NCBI GenBank assembly: GCA_976226885.1
Contig: OZ320314.1
Location: forward strand, 58,962,001-59,026,000
Length of the DNA: 64,000 nt
Direction: 5' to 3'
From: Iphione sp. A-MEVVRFRX5
Lineage: Eukaryota
Position numbers and translations under genes: made by a program
Part shown: positions 34,945 through 50,130 of the stretch, one piece after another
Position numbering within the stretch: the stretch's first letter is position 1
How the letters are laid out: each line of letters starts with the position of its first letter
The notes under the pieces: generated by a model
Told to the model about the DNA's origin: nothing
The model's database searches: none
What the model saw: only the letters and a program-made list of their open reading frames with translations

Positions 34945-37290
34945 GCCCCTGCATCAAGGCTGACCAAAACTTCTGGTTTGTGCAAAGGGGTTGGTATGTT
35001 GATGTTTAATGCTGTCGACACTTAACCCGTGTCCCTCTGCCCTCCCCCCCCCCCCCCCCCCCGCCTTTCCAAAGCACATGCGGCTTTTTAAAGGGATAAC
35101 ATAGTTGGTGTTTTGCATCCGCATCCCGTTCAAGTATGATTCTATACTCCACCCCAGTTTCCCTAGAGGAGGATATGTGCTTCATTTACAGAAGATGCTG
35201 TGGTTGATATTTTGTGTCCCCATGTCTCCGCTTCTCGCCTCAAGATATGCGGCTGGTGCACAAGGATGGTGAAACTGGTGTTTAGTCTCCCCTCGGCGCA
35301 CCCCCCCCCCCCTTTACACACACACGGCTCATGCCAGGATATCCGGTTCTAATATATAGAAAGTAGAGTGCAAGATGATTAGTATCTCCGACTCCTTACC
35401 CCAATTCCCCCTAACTTAATGGCTTGTGTAAAGAGATAGCATTGGTGATATTTGTTGCCCCAGATTGGTAATACACGAATCTTTAGCTGTAAATGCTAGA
35501 ACAATAAGCCATTGAAAGTCGAGAGGATTCTGGTGCTCAAAGCCAGTGATATGTCATATATAGACTATCGGACATTTCCCACTGGCGCTTCCCCAACACT
35601 CTGTGAAGAATTGAAGCTGATAAACATATCTTTTGGGTGTTCCTTTTTCTCAAAGATACATAGATGTATAAGCGTGTGTGGGGCATGTGGCAGTGACTTT
35701 GAGAGAAAGGGGCAGCAATGGCAATGACTGAGAGAAAATGGGGGAATAAACCACAGGTAGACCTCCTGGGGGTTATGATGAGGCTGATTGGTAGAATCTG
35801 TGCTGACGTTATATAACACTGGGCAGGTTTGTGGCCGTGACTTGTAGAGAGACAGAGTGAGAAAACCACAAGGCAACAGTAAAGTTGGGTGGAGGCATAC
35901 GGAGCCATGCTATGCCAGTGCTATCTGCAGTGGTAGAGAGAGTGAGTCATTGACTCTGTGTGTGTGTTGTTTATTCATAATGTGAAAATGGATAGTTGTG
36001 GCAACATTAAAAAATCAAATATAAAAAAGTTGGGATTGCCGAAGCAAAATTTTGATCAGAACATGACATTTTTTTCCTAGTGCCAAAATGACAGCGAAGA
36101 GTTTGAACTCCACTATGTAGCTGACCCCTGCGACATCAACTAGTGTAGCAGTTTGTCTTGGCACTTGTTCCAGATGATGCACATACACACATCCTTTTAA
36201 TTTGGTATCAAAGCCTTTCCCATAATTCGTGTAAAGTAATTAAGAAACTCAGCGATAGGCAATAGTTGATGACCTGTCACTCTTTGATGTACGTGTAGTC
36301 GGACTGTGGTCGGGGTTGGCCGTGGTGCCTGGTACTTCTCTGTATCTAGTATAGCACGCGCCCCATTCATGCTTCATACACCTTCGCAGAAGTAAGAAGC
36401 CAGTCTGTATATTTATGAATAAGGAATATACAGAACCATTCATTCATATTCGCAAATGTAAAATTTGTTAAAATACATGTACTAACTGTATCTACAGTGC
36501 TTAAATTTAGATTACTCATAAGATGATACTAGAAAGAAAGGATTGAAGGAAAAGAGAACCTAATAATCAGTATTTTAATACAAAGTACAAGTAATATGCC
36601 ATGCACCTATGCAAATCCATGCCTGATCACTCAACTATTGCAGGTGTCTCTCGCCGTCCGTCTGTCCGCTTCTCTGTTTATGTCTGTCTGTTGGTCTGTC
36701 TCTCATCTGTTATCAATTAGCGGAAATGGTTTGTTGTATGAATGTGGAGGGATCTTAACTCTACACAGGAGGCACTCAGTTTTGGACTAGTGGTAGCAAG
36801 TTCCCGCGTCATAGAAGGCATGTACGTGCACTGCTTTAGAATGGTTGCCATGTTTATCTTTATTCTAGACCTTATTAACAGAGTACAGGCTTCGGATGGT
36901 GATGACTTACTGACCATATTTTCGGGAAGTTAAACTGGAGCAGGTAAAGGGTTCAAGGGTCTCCTGCCCTTGTTTTCTCATCTAAAAGTAGCTTTCTGAC
37001 GCCGAGCCACTTGTCTGCGGTAGATATGTCGAGCAGAATGACTGACCCCCAACCCGAATCCCTGGCAGGTTATGGTGAGCGTGATAGTTATCCTGTCTTC
37101 TGTCTGTCAGTCGCTCACTCAGGCTGTATTTTCTCGTGGTTGCGCACTACTGCCATTGATATCCCTTTGCATGATAATCATTGACATATTTGACATATCT
37201 TTTCACAATCGACCGTAGCAGCAGCAGCAGCAAACACGGCAGCACACAATAAGTGTGGTGATGATGACAAGGCCGTCCTCCTCGGAGAGG

Positions 37291-37451
37291 NNNNNNNNNN
37301 NNNNNNNNNNNNNNNNNNNNNNNNNNNNNNNNNNNNNNNNNNNNNNNNNNNNNNNNNNNNNNNNNNNNNNNNNNNNNNNNNNNNNNNNNNNNNNNNNNNN
37401 NNNNNNNNNNNNNNNNNNNNNNNNNNNNNNNNNNNNNNNNNNNNNNNNNNN
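37291..37451. other. Assembly gap (N run)
   Basis: N run. Confidence 1.
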
Positions 37452-37852
37452 AGTCCTTTTTGGTGGGTGTTGGATATAAATCTTTACCTCAGAAACTTTT
37501 CGTCGTAAGGCAATTCGTCATAAGGCATTTCTTATTACGTATTGTTTATAAGTCAGTGCACTTGAATCTGTTAATGAAAATGGAGTGCTTCTTTTATGCT
37601 CCGGTGGCAGGTGGTGTGGGTGTACCTATAGCTAGGTACCTGTCTGTATACCACTGGAAATGGATGGGGTGTGAAATAGGACATTTTCACACGGTTATCT
37701 TTATCGATGTTAATGCTAATAGACAGCTTGGAGCTATCGTCAGCCAACACTGATCTCATTGTTACTGGCTGGTACTTCACGGGCACTGCTTCATGTTAAA
37801 GTGACTGATAGTCCAATCGAAAGTTACGTATTGACAGTAGATGGTGACCTAA

Positions 37853-38162
37853 GGCCCTGTACACATCTATCTGTATTATTTGAAAATGGATATGGTTCCG
37901 TGGACGTATTTGATCAGTCCTATAGGAAGTGTACTAACCTGTTCACATCGGTTTATTTTAAAATGGATACGGACCCGGTTCCGTTTTTCAAACAATCAGT
38001 GATGGTTTTTTTTACAGACCTGGGTCCATTTTCCATAGGCAGCAATGGTGAAGAGACATCTGGAATTACATGTGGGACGTTCTTAAATAAACAAAGCAGA
38101 AGATTGTCTACGTCTATGGACCAGTAGACGTATTTGTGTTCCGGATATATGTGAACAGGGCC
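37853..38162. mobile_element. Harbinger-like MITE (310 bp)
   Basis: TIRs ggccctgtacacat / atgtgaacagggcc (13/14). Flanked by TAA and TTA, an imperfect 3-bp TSD; a TA TSD with AGGCC ends is the alternative reading. Confidence 0.7.
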
Positions 38163-40044
38163 TTAGCATCGCATCCTCAGCCCTTTATTTGAGCATTTGT
38201 GCAAATATCATTGGGGATTTTTAAGGTTCGTTTGCATTGGATATTTAGCAGTTTACGTATTTATTTCCACTTATGGAGGACATTGTAATTCTATTACTTT
38301 CACACAAAGAAACATTCCCATACCTAAAACTCTGAAATACATTTTTTGTTACCAATTTAGCACTGTGTGAGATGCAAGGGATTATCCCACTTCCACCACC
38401 ACCACCAGCACCACCCCCTAGCTACTGGAGCAGGAAGGGTGTCTGACCAAAGGAGGTGCAATCAAGCAAGAAATGGGCATTTTTACATGTGTTTATTCGA
38501 ACAGTGAGGACAGGGGACAGTGATCTTCCCAGGTCCACATGCTTGTTGTGCTTTTTGTGGGCGTATATTACAAATTCTTGAAATTCAATGTTATTTCTTC
38601 TACTTAAACTAGTTGAACAGACACCTCAGGCATACTTTTTTTGCAGTATCTTTTCTTGCCAAGACTTCCTTCATGCAGGTTTCATGCTGTACTTATATCA
38701 GCTAGTTTAGAAATAAAGACAAAGAACGGACATTTCAGATAAATTAGAGGTATTTGAAATACTCAGTTAAAACGACATGTATTCGTCCTATGAACACCAC
38801 CTAGTCTGGGGGATCTGGTGGAGTGAATTTGCGTCAAAATCTGTGAGGATTTAGGAGGAAGGGTAAAACCCATCGATTAGTTTTGTCGATCATCTGGCCA
38901 CCTGTTGCACGTGGTAAACCAGATGTGACGGCCAACCGGAACACAACTTTAGCAGAAAGGAGGTGGGTGTAAGAGAGAGGAGGGGGATAGGATAGTAGCA
39001 CGGGATGGGAGGGGGCAGGTAAACGTGGGTAGAAATGTGGACGTTATTAGTTATGATGTGTGGTGAGTGGGGTTTGGGTGATGGTTAGCGCAGCTGCGGA
39101 TATAATTTTTAATTGTGAGATGTAGAGAGGACAAGTATGGTGAAAGTGGCTGAAAATGTGGTTGTATTGGAATATGTTGTGTGCAGGCAAGGTGATGGGT
39201 AAAAATGTGAAAGGTTAACGTTTACTGCTGTGTGTGATGTGGGCAGAAAGATGCGGATGGGTGACTTTCAGTTGTTGGCTGTGGCGGATATAAGTAGGAT
39301 TTGGGCAGGGAGGTCAACTGGTAGGAGAGAATATGTATATGGGTTAACAAGAGGACAGTAATGAGTACTTCGGTATAATGAGAGTAGATCAACATGAACT
39401 TGTTGGTATTTGTGTATCATGAATGCGTGTCGGATGAAAGAGGTTGGAAAGGCAGATATATACATGTATGTAGTGAGTTCTTGTAGGTATACATGTGGAT
39501 ATTTGTATCCAGAGCATGATGCATTCAGAAAATAACCAATCCTTTGTAAAAACCTGTGTTCATTTTGTTTTCATAGAATTGTCTCATTGCAATCCTATAA
39601 TCTAAATAAGACTGCTGAAATCTGTACTGGAAGTAGGGTTAAGTGTGGTCTGTCACCGTTACCATTTTCTATGTATTACTTGGGGGAGGGAATGCAGGCA
39701 TGTACATCTAGTATTACTTGCATCTGATGGCAGATAGATACATACAGCCTGAAAAATATACCCATGGTCGGCCCCTGACAGTGTGACGCTGTCACTAGAG
39801 TAGAACATCACCATAGAGAGGTAGGAGGGGGTGGTCGCCATGGCAATACTCAGTGACGTGCTCACTGACTGACTCACTGACAAGTAACTATGTGTTCAGC
39901 AACATGCCACACGCTGCCCTCACCCCCTTCCCCCATATTGCCACCCTCCCCACAGCCTTATTCCTAAAGGACACCTTACATAGACTAGAGCAATAAAAAA
40001 GTGTCGGACACACAGTCAGAGTTGACTGACTGTATGAACAAGAA

Positions 40045-40189
40045 NNNNNNNNNNNNNNNNNNNNNNNNNNNNNNNNNNNNNNNNNNNNNNNNNNNNNNNN
40101 NNNNNNNNNNNNNNNNNNNNNNNNNNNNNNNNNNNNNNNNNNNNNNNNNNNNNNNNNNNNNNNNNNNNNNNNNNNNNNNNNNNNNNNNN
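40045..40189. other. Assembly gap (N run)
   Basis: N run. Confidence 1.
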
Positions 40190-43100
40190 AGGCACAAACC
40201 GACCGACAGACAGACAGACATGAACATGTACAATGTACTTACTTCTCCAGAGGCAAACCTACCAGACCACCAGAATCACGGCATCTGTGGCATTGTTTCA
40301 TTATTATACATGACCACTCCTACCCCAGCCATTCCGTACCCCTGCTCTCTCGACCCCTCCCCCAGGTGCCATGCTGTGCTTGAGTAACAATAGCCCCGCG
40401 ACCAAGCTTGGACAACGTAACCGTTCAAGGCAGCTGAAATATTCAGTATTGCTGGCAGATGTGGACGGGGTGCGGGCTGGGCTGCAGCATGTGGATGGAG
40501 CGGGGCATAAGTGGCCAGAGTGAGTAAGTAGATGGGTCGATAGGTGGAAGTGGGAGCATGGAGGGAGGGAGGTTGGCTGAGTGGGTTGTAGTCTCCTGGG
40601 ATTGTTGGCTGACCAAGGATGCTGGAATGAACCTGCTCCTGAACTGTCCCTTGCGGACTCCTTGGAGGAGACTTATAATGCTAATATAGGTCCATTATCT
40701 ATGTATATACATGTATATGTCGGTATCCTATTTGGACAATCAAATAGCCAACTTTTTATTTATCAGTCCATGTGCTGATGGGGAGGGAGATTGGTGGGGG
40801 GGTGTATTGTGTGGTATGTGTTACAGAATTGACCCATGTATTTAGAGCAGTGCTGGGTTTTGTCCAACTCAAATACACACTGCCTATATACACATGGATT
40901 ATGCATCTTAGTCTTAGTAAGAACGAACCTGATATCAAGAATAATACACAAGGATCTCGCCAACAAGCCAACAATCTCCGGAATGATCAGTAGTCATTGA
41001 AAGCCCAGCATTATCACACAGTACATGTAGTAGTAAGCAGATGAGAACTCGGAGAGATCCAGCCCTGTCATTCATTGAGAGTAGTGTTGTCTGATACTGC
41101 AGTGCTCCTACCAGTCTGCATTAATGCCCAGTGCAGTCTCCAGACAGAACGACCGGTCTACAATACATGTACATTGTTTCCACCGCTGCCCCTTGCAGCC
41201 ACGTTAGATTAAATGTTATGTACTGGTGTCGGCTCCTTTGTTGCTGTTCCACCTCTCGCACTCCCCACGAAGAACAGTTAGTATGCTGTAGTCTGCTTGT
41301 CGAGGGAATAGTAGTTCAGCAGTGCTGGTTGCATATCCTTGAATGGTGAGACATGCTCTATGGTTGTGGCACTTACGTAGTTCACCACCGTAGCACCTAC
41401 TCCTGTGCTTTGATTAATAAAGGAATGTCACGTAAAGTGAAGGCGCCACCTGGTACAGATTAGTATTCAGATAAAACAATAAAGGTCATGCATGATGAGG
41501 AAAGTTTCGAAAAGAAACCTTTACGAATCTAGGTTGCAGTGACCGACAACTATGAAATACATGTATCTCTACTTTGGAGACTGTTGATATGGTGTCAGCC
41601 TTGTTTTATCAATATTACTTTACTCTTAAACCTGATACAAGATATGTTTTTAGTATGGTCTGCATGTTTCTGCCTTCATCTGTACCTCCCCCTGCGGATC
41701 GGCCCTAGATCAGCCAGACCAATTGGATTGTTGACGTTTATAGGTTGGAAGGGCGCAGTGGGCTCCTCCTTCCCACCGCCTTCCTTCCAACCCCCTGCCC
41801 TCCCAACGCCCAGTCCGAGGATTGTCAATACTGTGTGTATAGATGTACACGTATGCGAAAACCCTTCATCATAGTGGTGCCTGGCACCAGGGCTCACACT
41901 GTAGAATTCACTTATGTAGGGCCCTTATCGTTAATGAATAGCTTTAGAAGTGAGATTTATTCAGAAACAAATACGTCTACTCAAAATATTGGAGGCGAAT
42001 CGATTTCTTTTTATTTTGATCAAACCAACCGCAAACCTCAGCCAGGTATGTTTGGTGGCGGTGTATTTTTGAGGGTATATACATGTATGTACATGTATCT
42101 GTCGCTGTAGACTGTAAAGACATCTGCCTGCCTTTTGGTATAAGAGGATACAGGGCTGAACAATTCATCTCTGACAGCACAGGCAGATGCCTGATTTTGC
42201 TGACTGTTTAAACTTGTGTTATAAAGGCATTTACGTCACTGTATGATCTGTAGAGGCAAATATTGGTAATACATTTATTCCATGCCCGTGCAGTACACTT
42301 CACCAGTTATGCCCTCACCCTGGCCGGTTTTTCTACTATCGTGTTCAGCACACCGTGCCTTTCTAAATAGTGTACAGGTACTTAACAGGTCAAGAGGTAA
42401 CATCTCAATGGGCATGCCCATCGTCATCCCACCACTTCATGGCTGTATTCTCTTAGAATTTTTGCTTTTAAAGATCCAATCGTGCAACAGAACACAAGTC
42501 TGAACCACAAGCCCTGAATATGCCAGCCTGCTCAATCACATGCCAATACACACGTTTACACATATATTTCTCAAACGTCAGTTGAGTTGTACTTTTAAGA
42601 AATTGTTTTCCCCAACGATTAAGAATCTGCTGATGCAATTATCCACTTCCAGTTTCTACATGTGCAAGCGGTGAACAGAAGGTAGATGCAGTTAACCATT
42701 GCACTTAGCTCTATTCAAAATGCACCTTCTCTCATTGTCCCAGATTAAATAGACACAGAATTAGATTAATCGCCATGGTTGGAGAGATATTGTTACAGGT
42801 ACATCTGCCATGGCCCTGAGGCTTGAAGCTCATCTGATTGGTTCGTGCAGCCCACGTGACCAGCGATTGTCTACAGCGCGCCTTGTTGACCACAAATTAG
42901 GATTGTTTTGTTTGATGAGTCACTTAATGCCACAATGGTCCGTGGTGGAAAGTGGCAGCTTATTTCTTTTACCCATTTCATAGCAGCATTCCCTGTTATA
43001 GATGATTTACGCGAGAACTTGCCAATAACGGATTACTCTTTTTTCAATTTTTGTGAACAGTGATCACTGTTGATGCCGTTATGCTGGTCTTTCATTGGGG

Positions 43101-46100
43101 AAGGGGTTAGGATTTGCCACGATAGAGGAAATAACTGGAAGTCCGTGCTATCATGGCCTGAAGAGCCTTTGGCGGTATTCCTTCTGATGTAGTCACCATG
43201 AGATTACTGGGCAGGTCAACCCTTCAATATTAGTTGGCACATGGGACATGACACGTTGACCTTCACAAAGTCAGCCTTACCGAGTCTGCTTGTACATAGT
43301 TAACCCTCGTCAAACTAGATTCTTGAAAGAAAGGGTAGTTATTACATGTCAGTATTAGGGCTAAAGTTATCAATAAGATGAAGGTTACAGTTAAGGAAAG
43401 TGCAAGCGGTTTGTCGTTGGTAAGAACTACAGGTGAAAGTCGGTTGTTATACGAATATATCCATATACTTGGTTTTCATTATAAAATTTTAAAATCGTAT
43501 TTAGTTTTACTGGTCATTTTGTAACGATTGTTCGGAGAGCACTGGTAAGTGTACATATACTTGTCAAGGGAACACTGCAAGTCTTGGGGGCCTCTCCAGT
43601 TGCACCGCGCATAAACTACTACAGCTTCTCCAGATTGGGCACCTAGGCGTTGAAGGACGAGGTGTGACGAAGCATAACAATGCAGGACTCTGTGTGTCAA
43701 GTACGGGCAGGCACTTCTTCTCTGGTTCGGAGAAGAGGGAGCTGTCACACTGCGGCAGGTGGTTAAGTCTTCTGAACTACACCATTCGAGTCCCCTGCAC
43801 TGAGTTGTTGATCTCAGTTGCTCAGGGGTGCTATAAATCTTTGCACGTGCCTACGACTTCCGCGACCATGCGTTGCGTGTGCTGATACTTTTGCGGTAAA
43901 ATTTTGAAAAATTCCTGATATTTTCTCATTCTTTAGGCAAATTTGGGAGAAACTTTTGACTCTTTCCCTTCCTCTAAACTTGAGTGTTAAGGGGGGGGGG
44001 GGTCATACGAAATACGTGTATGTATACACGTGCCTGTATAATTGTTGTTAGGCCGTCCATTCAAATAGATGCGGGTATGAGGAGACCCACAGTTGTCATT
44101 AGAATGTCAGATCATTGACAACCAATAGAATATGACGCTCCCATAAAGCTGCCAGGTGATTTATCCGCAGTGAAGACCCCGTGCCCGGTCATGTTCCTGG
44201 AAATGGCTAGGAACTACCCACGGTCAGTCTTCGTGCGCATATGAATAAATCATGACGGAAACATTGTTCCAGTTTGTATATATATATATATATTTATATA
44301 GACAGGCTATGAGGTACTGGATTTCTTCAGTTTAAGTTTTCACCTTGATCCACGCGGTAGTGAGAGGGAACGCGGTGTTATATCGGAAAGCATTCGTCAG
44401 AATAGGCTGTTTAAAGGATCAAATATTGACATTACATTGAAAGATCCAATTGGTCTGTACCGCTTATCTAATTCTATAATAGGGAAAGGGCTGGGACTAG
44501 AGCATTTATTGATTTGATTGTGCTTTTCCAGAGAACCTCGTCGACCCAAGACACTTGAATACCTAGCTCCCCACCTGCCCCCTAAACTACTGCACATCTG
44601 CTTTATATCTATGAATGTCTATAAGATTATAAGACTATGCGATTTTTTGTCTTCAACCACCGTACGACAGTTTAAAATCTCTCCGCAGCAGGGTGAAGTG
44701 TTACCTTTTCCCGTCCACATCAGGATCAGGTACCAGGGTTGAAGGTTACGGGGTCATCGATCGCATGCAGCTCAGAGAAAGTGAGAACAAAAGACCCGAT
44801 GAATCAACAGGGACGCCGACGCTAGCGAGACGCCAGCTCAGTCTCTGTCCCTTTCCATGACCTCTGTCCATTTGCAAGTGGTGGCAGGGGCTGTATGGGC
44901 ACTTCTGTTATAGTGTCAGCGTCACCATCAGCTACCGGAAAGAAGTGTTTATTTTATGTCCTTTACTTCTTCATGGGACTTCATTATTCTGTGATATTAA
45001 ATTTATATATTGAAAGCGATATAGCAAGAAAACACCAAAACGTCCGGCGCATGGTATTCGAACAATGCCATCTTTAGTCCGCTGCGTGATAAACATCCCA
45101 AGTCTTTGTGCAAGATATGCAGAACGTTTCCTTCGGCGTTCTCCAAAGGGGTAGAATTTCCATAATCCTAAAGATTGACAATTGCCGTGTTAACGCCGAA
45201 ATGACTGCAGACCTTCTCATTGTATACATTTAGATAGAGAGATAGGTGCATGCATATATATGACTCATTCCACCAAAAAGTGTAACATGCGTTTATCTCT
45301 GGGATCATGTTTATCTAGTAAAAATCAAAGTTAAATCTCATATTTTGAGTCTTTTTTGCTATGGCTGAGTCTAGGGGGTATCAGTAATATGTCCTGATTT
45401 TTTTTAGCATAATAAAATAATTCCTTCGTGTAGTTTTTAATAGTCCCAGAGATTACAGCTGGTACATTTTTGGGTGGAATGAGTCATATATATAAATATG
45501 CTTGTACGCAGTGCATACATAAAGATACATATGTATAGGATTTCCATGTGCTGCTTTTCCTTTGTCTTCAGAGACCTTCCATCATTTTTATTATAAAGTA
45601 TATCTAACAGGCTTTTATTTGTCATAGAACTCCAAAAAATGTTCGGTATTTTGTATCGATGAGCTATGACCATCTCTATAGGAAATAAATCAGCGAGACA
45701 GTATCTATTTAACAAGTAACCTAGCAAGCTTGACGCACGGGTTTACAAATTTCATCACATGGTATAATGGAGTCGCCATGCCGTATATGGTGGACTACGG
45801 CTGCTCGTGGGGAGATACAGTGACAGAAAGGGATCCTTTTCTGTGTAGGTGACAGTCAAACAAGAGGCCTGTGCCACCCCTTATCAGATAAGACTGTGTG
45901 TCTTGATAAAGCTATTACCTACATTCGAGATTTACTGCAGAGCGTGACTGAGATTCAGCTACATCCAGTTGACTGCAAATCATATGATGAGTAGTAATCC
46001 AACGAAGCACGAACTATACTTTCACAGTCTTCATCCACATACTAGAGATTTTGTTTTCAACTTTGGTACATAAACTAGATCCGCACAGACAGACCTCTGA

Positions 46101-49100
46101 AACGCAGAAACCTAGAAAGGCACTGCGTACTTACATGTGTAGTACCTGTATGACAGGTTAGTGTCTTGGTTATAAATCATGCACCTGATGTTTGACGTCT
46201 GAAAGTAAAAAAATTAAATAAAAGGTTGTTGCTATCTGCAAATATAACAATCTACATTTTTGTAACATCACATTGCTGTATCCTCCTCTTGTGTCTCCAC
46301 TGCTACCACAAGCTGCATCTACTGTAAACAGAACTACCGGTATAGCCATTGAAACCGATTGCTGTAAGTCCTGGTTACAGAGTATCCAGGTTAAATAAAA
46401 GTTCTAAAAAATCTCTGACTGCCTCATGATTTATCGCCGTGAATGTGCAATTCAGCATTTGAATCTCCAGGAACTAAGGCCACACCTGTGTATACCGGTA
46501 CATATATTATGCTACATGCTCTAGTCAGAGATGTGCCGTGTTCATTGCAAAGGGAGGTTAGGTGGGGAATAAACTCTGGCATCATGCCTCACATGGATAT
46601 TCCCTATACCACAGGATGTACTCAACCCATAGGGTAAGGAGGTTAGGGGACAATTTCCCTTGCCACTTTGTTATTCTTACACCAATGTAAACCATACTAT
46701 GGACTAGGCGAAGTTCTATATTCACAGCATTGTGAGGGTTAGTATAACACACAAGGGATGAGGTGTATAGTACACATTTAGCAATAACGTGACCAGTCCT
46801 CGCTGGTATTCCGGCCGCCAGCACGGATCCGGGTCATCAAACAAGACTCGGCCGTTACTTGCGTCCGTAGTAAAGTGAGAGTACATTCCTGCTTGGAAAA
46901 AAGCTACAGCTGATTTATCCGAGATTAGCATTTTCCCCTATCTGTGTTTTGCTGTCTGTGTCTCTGCTTCCCTCTCTCTTTCTCTGTCTCTGACTCAATA
47001 AAGTCTCTATGTATCTCTTCTTGCCCCCACTGAACCTTAAAAATGTCCCTTCGTCCGTTTGTCCGTGTGTGAGTTTGTGTGTGCTGCTGGGTTGCACAGG
47101 TGGGTATTACCCGGAGCCTGACAAAGGCAGCATGACGTCAGGTCAACCCAGAAAACACACCTGTCTGCCTCAGCCGTCGACGTCAGCGCTGCCGCAGGCA
47201 GGTAGTACCTGGATAACGAGAGACCATAGATTTACCGTAGGTGGGCGGGGTGGGTCGGGGTGGGGGTTGTACTACGATTCAGGTTTGGAATGTCTTCGGA
47301 TTGACACATGGGTTGAGAGATTAGTATGAATGAATACAGGTAGTACCTAGTTCTTCTCAGCCCTCGATTTCACAAACACCTAAATCCTACCCGGTTACAC
47401 ACCACATCTACAACATGCACATATGTGCACGCGCTTACTCACATACAGACTTGTACTCAATTGAAAAACAATACACACACCGACCACGTGCCGCCCTGTC
47501 TCCCTTTGAATCCTTACATTCCTGTGTCCTACTAATCCACCTGCACACACGCACAGGCACTCACTCACTCACCGACGCACGCACACAGGCACTCTCGATC
47601 TCACCTCTCGATCTCCACCTGTGTCTGAACCCTTTGTGTCACCCGCCTCCAAGGAATACTGCTGTCCGACTGTCCTAACCTGCATCAAAATGATAGGACT
47701 TGTTAATATAGTGTTCCCCCATATGAAATCTTGCCACTGGCGTATTTTTGTATCTTTCCAAGTCATTGAAAGGCCAAATGATTGTTTTAATATAGTTGTA
47801 CACACAGACAAACACACATAGAATTTCAAGACACGAAGCTTGACACGAAGCAGGACACGAAGAAATAGTTCCACTTGATTGGATAGCTGGTGGGTGACAA
47901 ACTTCCTGGGTTTCCTTCCATGTTAAAGGTTTCCTTCCATGTTAACTCTTGAAATCCCAACTCCTAAAGAACAAATAACCCATATAGATCCTAACCTCAT
48001 CAATGCACACGCCAACCGCACCCTGACCTGGTTTTAACCCGTATATTCCTTTGTCAGCCCAGTAGCCCATATAACACCTGACCCCCGCCATCCCAGGCTA
48101 GTGTTCAAGATTTAACGGGGGCACTGTACAGGTGCGGGTCCTTGTGGTCATGCTGCTGGCAGTGGGTGTAGGTTGTTTAGATGTACGTCCGTATGTGTGC
48201 TTGATTCTGGGTAACTCCTGTACATGTATATGGGTCATTGGGTCTCTCTGGGGACAGTCCTTCCCTAAGGTCCTAACTTCCTGGCTGCCTGTCTGTCTCT
48301 CAGCCAACCAGTACATCTATTGAAGTATGCTTCTTGGCGGCATCCGTATGTCTTTATTTTTCATTGTCCTGCCTCTACTGTGTCTTCTTTGCCAGTCTAT
48401 TTTCAGCCTCATTTTTCATATTTTTGTCCGGTTTCATTCTGTGAGACTTTTCTCTTGTTTCCCGTCCTTTCTCCTCACATCCACCACTTCTCTCCTTCTT
48501 TCGGCCTCATCCTCTCTCTTCCCGTCTCCTTCTCACTCCTTTTTTCTCCGATGTTGCTCCCCCCCCCATCCCACTATCTCGTCTTCCTTCTGTCTTGATA
48601 GTGCTCCACTTGGCGCCACTTGGCCCGGACTACTCGTTCACGTCCGTCTTCTAGACTGGGTTACCATCATTAAGTACAAATCCTATCTACAGATGCCATC
48701 TTGAACGGCACATTAACCTTCGCCGTCTTAAAAGAGAAACGCATATATTCATTTAAAGTATACATGTACACTTTGAATGCTCTGAATGTGAGTACTAACT
48801 GGAAACATCCTCTTTCTGAATTTGACATGATATGCAACATTTATTTGAGAGGATTTCTATGGTGATAAAATGCCTGCATCAGTTTGTTGGTAGGAAAGTA
48901 CAGGCTGAGATTGCACGCTTATTGTGTGCTCTATCAGATAGAGAAAGAGACTCTTGACACTGGATCAAGATGGTCAGAGAGAGGAAGAGAGTGGGAAAGA
49001 TACACATTATAACACACCCACACACGCACAGACACAGACATACATTCACGCAAACTCAGTTATTCACCCGTTTTGAATGTATCCGTACACATCCTTTATT

Positions 49101-49922
49101 TCTCTTGCAAAAATAAACACAAAAACTTATTTCCCTTCACACAAACCAAGGTGGCCATAAAGCGAATGACAATAGACGCGACTCAGCGACCGACTGGCCC
49201 TGATGGGTGGTGGATTCAACTTGACATGACCTTCGATAAACGCGAAGTTCTTTGAAATAACTATCTCGCTTCTAGCATCATCTGATGGGATATGTACGTA
49301 GCACATACATGTACATGTACTCTTGTTATAACCTGCGTATACATTTGTAGGCCTGTAAACTTGTTTTAAATGAATGCCGCACTCAATCACCAACTAAATC
49401 ATGGCCTTAGGAATCTACGCATATGAAAATACCATGGCCAATTTATGTACACAATTTTTGGTCAGAGATATCATAATGATAACATCCATATTGTTAATGC
49501 AAAGAATAAAAGGATACGATGCCGTGAACTTATAATGGTTTTATCCACGCACTATCAGGGAAATTGTGAGGCAGGTATCATCAAGTTTGCTATAGTGTAT
49601 CAACCTAAGGTGATAAATATATGATTGAATCATAGTGATAAAAATAGTAAAAAGTATAGAAATTACCATTACCATTTACAGGTACCGGTGTACCTTTGTT
49701 AGCGAAGTAGATTAGTTCTAAAATACCATGATACAAGGGTAAGGTAGAAACAGAAATAATTTATAACGACAGACACCAGGGCCAACACTGAAACCCTTGA
49801 TATCGTTATCACCACAACATATGACTTTATCGTCATGTGCTGTGTTTCTGCTTTAGAAAATTACATTTTTGGGAGTGGACAACCAGTAGTCGGTTTTCGT
49901 GAAAGAGTCATGACGTTTCTTT

Positions 49923-50130
49923 NNNNNNNNNNNNNNNNNNNNNNNNNNNNNNNNNNNNNNNNNNNNNNNNNNNNNNNNNNNNNNNNNNNNNNNNNNNNNN
50001 NNNNNNNNNNNNNNNNNNNNNNNNNNNNNNNNNNNNNNNNNNNNNNNNNNNNNNNNNNNNNNNNNNNNNNNNNNNNNNNNNNNNNNNNNNNNNNNNNNNN
50101 NNNNNNNNNNNNNNNNNNNNNNNNNNNNNN
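49923..50130. other. Assembly gap (N run)
   Basis: N run. Confidence 1.
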